Positions 60,783 through 64,000 of a stretch of DNA of 64,000 bases are shown here, piece after piece. The notes beneath the pieces were generated by a model, which made no database searches, was not told the DNA's origin, and was given only the letters and a program-made list of their open reading frames with translations. This stretch comes from Lophium mytilinum (Eukaryota): contig MU004196.1 in assembly GCA_010093605.1 (NCBI GenBank), forward strand, positions 890,606-954,605, in the 5' to 3' direction. The position numbers and the translations under genes are program-made. Each line of letters starts with the position of its first letter. Within the stretch, counting starts at the first letter, position 1.

Positions 60783-63360
60783 ATGCTCAATTCACGCTCT
60801 ACGTCAATTGCTATCCTCCTACTCTTCGCCCATACTTGGACAACATCTGCCAATAAATTTGAGAAGCGCGTAGGCGACTTCGATCCTCTTGCCTATGTCA
60901 ATCAATTGATCGGTTCTACCAATGACGGAAACGTATTCGCAGGTGCGACATTGCCCTATGGAATGGCCAAGGCCGTCGCCGACGTGAATGGTCAAAATAC
61001 GGGAGGATTTGCCTTCGACGGCAGCAATGTCACTGGTTTCTCGAGGTATGGAGTTTTTCTAGTATCTAATGTTGCATCCAAAATTGACTTTCGACAAGCT
61101 TGCACGACTCAGGCACTGGAGGCAACCCATCACTGGGCAATTTTCCTCTATTTCCACAATACTGCCCAGAAAACGAACTGGACAATTGCAATTTCCCAAT
61201 TACTTCCCGCGCTACTCCCTATCTCAACGACTCGGTTAAGGCCAGCCCAGGCTATTTCGCATTGTCATTGGAGAATGGTATCCACGCGGAGATGACCGCA
61301 GCTCAACACGCTGCATTGTACCACTTTAGCTTTCCCTCCAAGAAGTCGAGTAATGGATCGGCATTGAATCCACTCATCATGCTCGACCTGACGGACCTGT
61401 GGGCGAGTAGACAAAATGCGTCAATCAGTATAGATGAATCCACAGGAAGAATGAAAGGCAATGGCACTTTCCTTCCCAGTTTTGGCGCTGGGTATTATGT
61501 TGCACATTTCTGCGTTGACTTTGCTGGAGCATCGATCCTCGACTCGGGAGTTTGGGTCAACAACCGAGCTGACACCGAGCCTAAGGAGTTGTTCGTTACG
61601 AGGGGTTTCAATCTGTTCTATCTCCAAGCTGGTGGATTCGTGAGATTCAATGGTCCCATCGAAGATAACTTAACCGCAAGAGTTGGAGTGAGCTTCATTA
61701 GTGCAGATCAAGCATGTCAAAATGCGGAGAAGGAAATACCAGGCCCAGACTACGACTTTGAAGGCATTAAGAGCAAGGCAGAGGATGCATGGAGAGAAAA
61801 ACTCTCGCCCATCTCGATTGAAGCTGGAGGCGTGAACGAGACGATGCAAACAAATTTCTACAGTGGAATGTACAGGACTATGATCTCACCACAGGATTAT
61901 ACTGGAGAAAACCCTAATTGGGAGACCTCAGAACCGTACTTTGACTCCTTTTACTGGTAAGTTTGTCAATGTAAATCCGAAAGCAGGTCCTTACAAGCAC
62001 TGCTAATCTATGTCCCACCAGCATTTGGGATGCCTTCAGGGTACAGCACCCCTTCTTAACTATTGTTGATCCCGTCGCGCAATCGAAAATGGTCCGCAGT
62101 CTCCTTTCCACATACCAACACGAAGGCTGGCTCCCGGATTGCCGCATGAGTTTATGCAAAGGCTGGACGCAAGGCGGGTCCAACGCCGACGTCGTCATTG
62201 CTGATGCCTACATAAAGAACCTCACAGGCATCGACTGGGATCTCGCCTATCAAGCAGTTGTCAACGACGCTGAGAATGAGCCCCTTGAGTGGTCCTATGA
62301 AGGCCGCGGCGGGTTGCAAAGCTGGAAGCGCTACAACTACATCCCCTATCTCGATTTCGACTACCTTGGGTTTGGAACGAACTCGAGAAGCATTTCCAGA
62401 ACTCTTGAGTATTCCTACAACGACTACTGCATCTCAACACTGGGGAAAGGCCTTGGAAAGGATGAATACACAAAATACCTCTCCCGAGCCGGGAACTGGC
62501 AAAACCTTTTCAAAGCAGACCAGAAATCCCTCATCAATGGCACAGACACCGGCTTCACTGGCTTCTTCCAACCAAAATACCAGAACGGCACCTGGGGCTA
62601 CCAAGACCCGATCGCCTGTAGCCCGCTCACAGATTTCTGCTCCCTAACCTCCAACCCCTCCGAGACCTTTGAGTCGTCCGTATGGGAATACCTCTTGTAG
62701 GTCCCCTGCCCTCTATTTCCCATCCTCATCCTCCATGGACTAACCAACCTCACCAACCCCAGCTACGTCCCCCACGACATGCCCACCCTGATCACCCTCC
62801 TCGGCGGCCCCACCTCCTTCATCGCCCGCCTCGACTACTTCCACACCTCCGGCCTCGCCGACATCGGCAACGAGCCCGTCTTCCTCACCATCTTCCAGTA
62901 CCACTACGCCGGCCGCCCCGCCCTCTCCGCCGAGCGCGCCCACTACTACCTCCCCTCGCGCTTCTCACCCACCCCCGGCGGGCTGCCCGGCAACGACGAC
63001 TCCGGCGCCATGGGCGCCTTCACCGTCTTCGTGATGATGGGCCTATTCCCGAACCCCGGGCAAGACGTGTATTTCATCATCCCGCCGTTCTTCGAGAGCG
63101 TGAGCGTGCGGAGCCCGCAGAGCGGGAAGACAGCCACGATCCGGAATGTGAATTTCGATGGGGGGGAGTATAAAAATATCTATGTTCAGAACGCGACGTT
63201 GAATGGGGAAGTGTATACGAAGAGTTGGGTAACGCATGATTTCTTCGCGCAGGGGTGGACGCTGGAGTTGGTGCTGGGGCCGGTGGAGAGTGCGTGGGGG
63301 ACGAGGGAGGAGGATTTGCCGCCCGGTGGTGTTGGGGAGGGGGGGATGGGGGGTTTGTGA
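60783..63360 (+). CDS. Secreted GH92 alpha-1,2-mannosidase, 4 exons
   Basis: Signal peptide; YVNQLIGS...GNVFAGATLPYGMAKA, GFS-SLHDSGTGG, YFDSFYC-IWDAFR, GWLPDCRM, GWTQGGSNAD, SISRTLEYSYND, YVPHD, IGNEP, GLPGNDDSGAMG. Confidence 0.95.
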
Positions 63361-64000
63361 GGTGGACGTTGTTGGGTTTGCTTGAAGAAGCAGTAGGGGT
63401 AAGATGGGGAGAGTTGCCAGAGGGGATTAGACTCGAGATATCTGGATCACGATGGTTAGACAACGAAGCACTAGCATACCTCACATCAGCCGAAGAAGCA
63501 ACTTATTTTCAAGATTATTAATGGAAGACTCAAAATCGGTCAGCTCGATGGCTCCTAGCTAGCTACACGGCCCCCCACCACCACACATTCCCACCACTCT
63601 ACTCATATTTACACACTTCAGCACCTCTATTCCCTCAATCTATCTATCCCCACATCTGCCTCCCGACTTCCTTTCTCTCCCTCCGCATACCACACCAATC
63701 ATCCCCCTTTCTCCCTCAAAAAAACACTACAAGAAATTAACACCACTTATCGCCAGCTAATACGCCCTAGTATGTACCGTCGTCGCATCCAAGGAAGGAA
63801 AACGGAATACACAAAAAACCCCACAAGCCACCGAAGAAGAATAAGCCCTCGCCGATCCCGTCTATAGCAAAAAAATAAATCTGTTTGTTTTTTTCCTCAA
63901 AATCGTCCATCGTTCGTGTATAGCTAGCTCGGTGCCAATCCACTCAACTGAAATAAAACACGTCTCTCACGAAAGAGGTTTTTTGCTGTTGCAAAACCTC

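Overview
Gene-dense genomic DNA from a filamentous ascomycete (short GT-AG introns with CTRAC/CTAAC branch sites, HET-domain genes, a Zn2Cys6 factor, RIP signatures). It holds about 22 protein-coding genes. Housekeeping genes: endosulfine/IGO1, SFM1, KEX1, cytosolic MetRS, LTO1/YAE1-family, shugoshin, DAD2, SIW14-like phosphatase, DUF3984, GPI10 and a SAK1-like kinase. Accessory genes: MDR and SDR oxidoreductases, two HET proteins, an MFS sugar porter, a secreted alpha/beta hydrolase, RTA1 next to a Zn2Cys6 factor, an ABM-barrel protein and GH92. The most unusual observations are: (1) a RIP-mutated DD37E Tc1-like transposon with perfect 30-bp TIRs, an apparent non-canonical 3-bp CAT target duplication and a probable intron in the transposase; (2) an apparent 9-bp microsatellite that reads as a RIP-killed 188-codon ORF with (EQW)n-(EKC)n-(EQW)n repeats; (3) recurrent ~1-kb C-rich to G-rich skew-switch domains that are independent of gene strand and gene boundaries; (4) a 107-bp minisatellite at the left edge. 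No rRNA, tRNA or CRISPR array was recognised. All calls come from reading the sequence by eye; no database searches were run.
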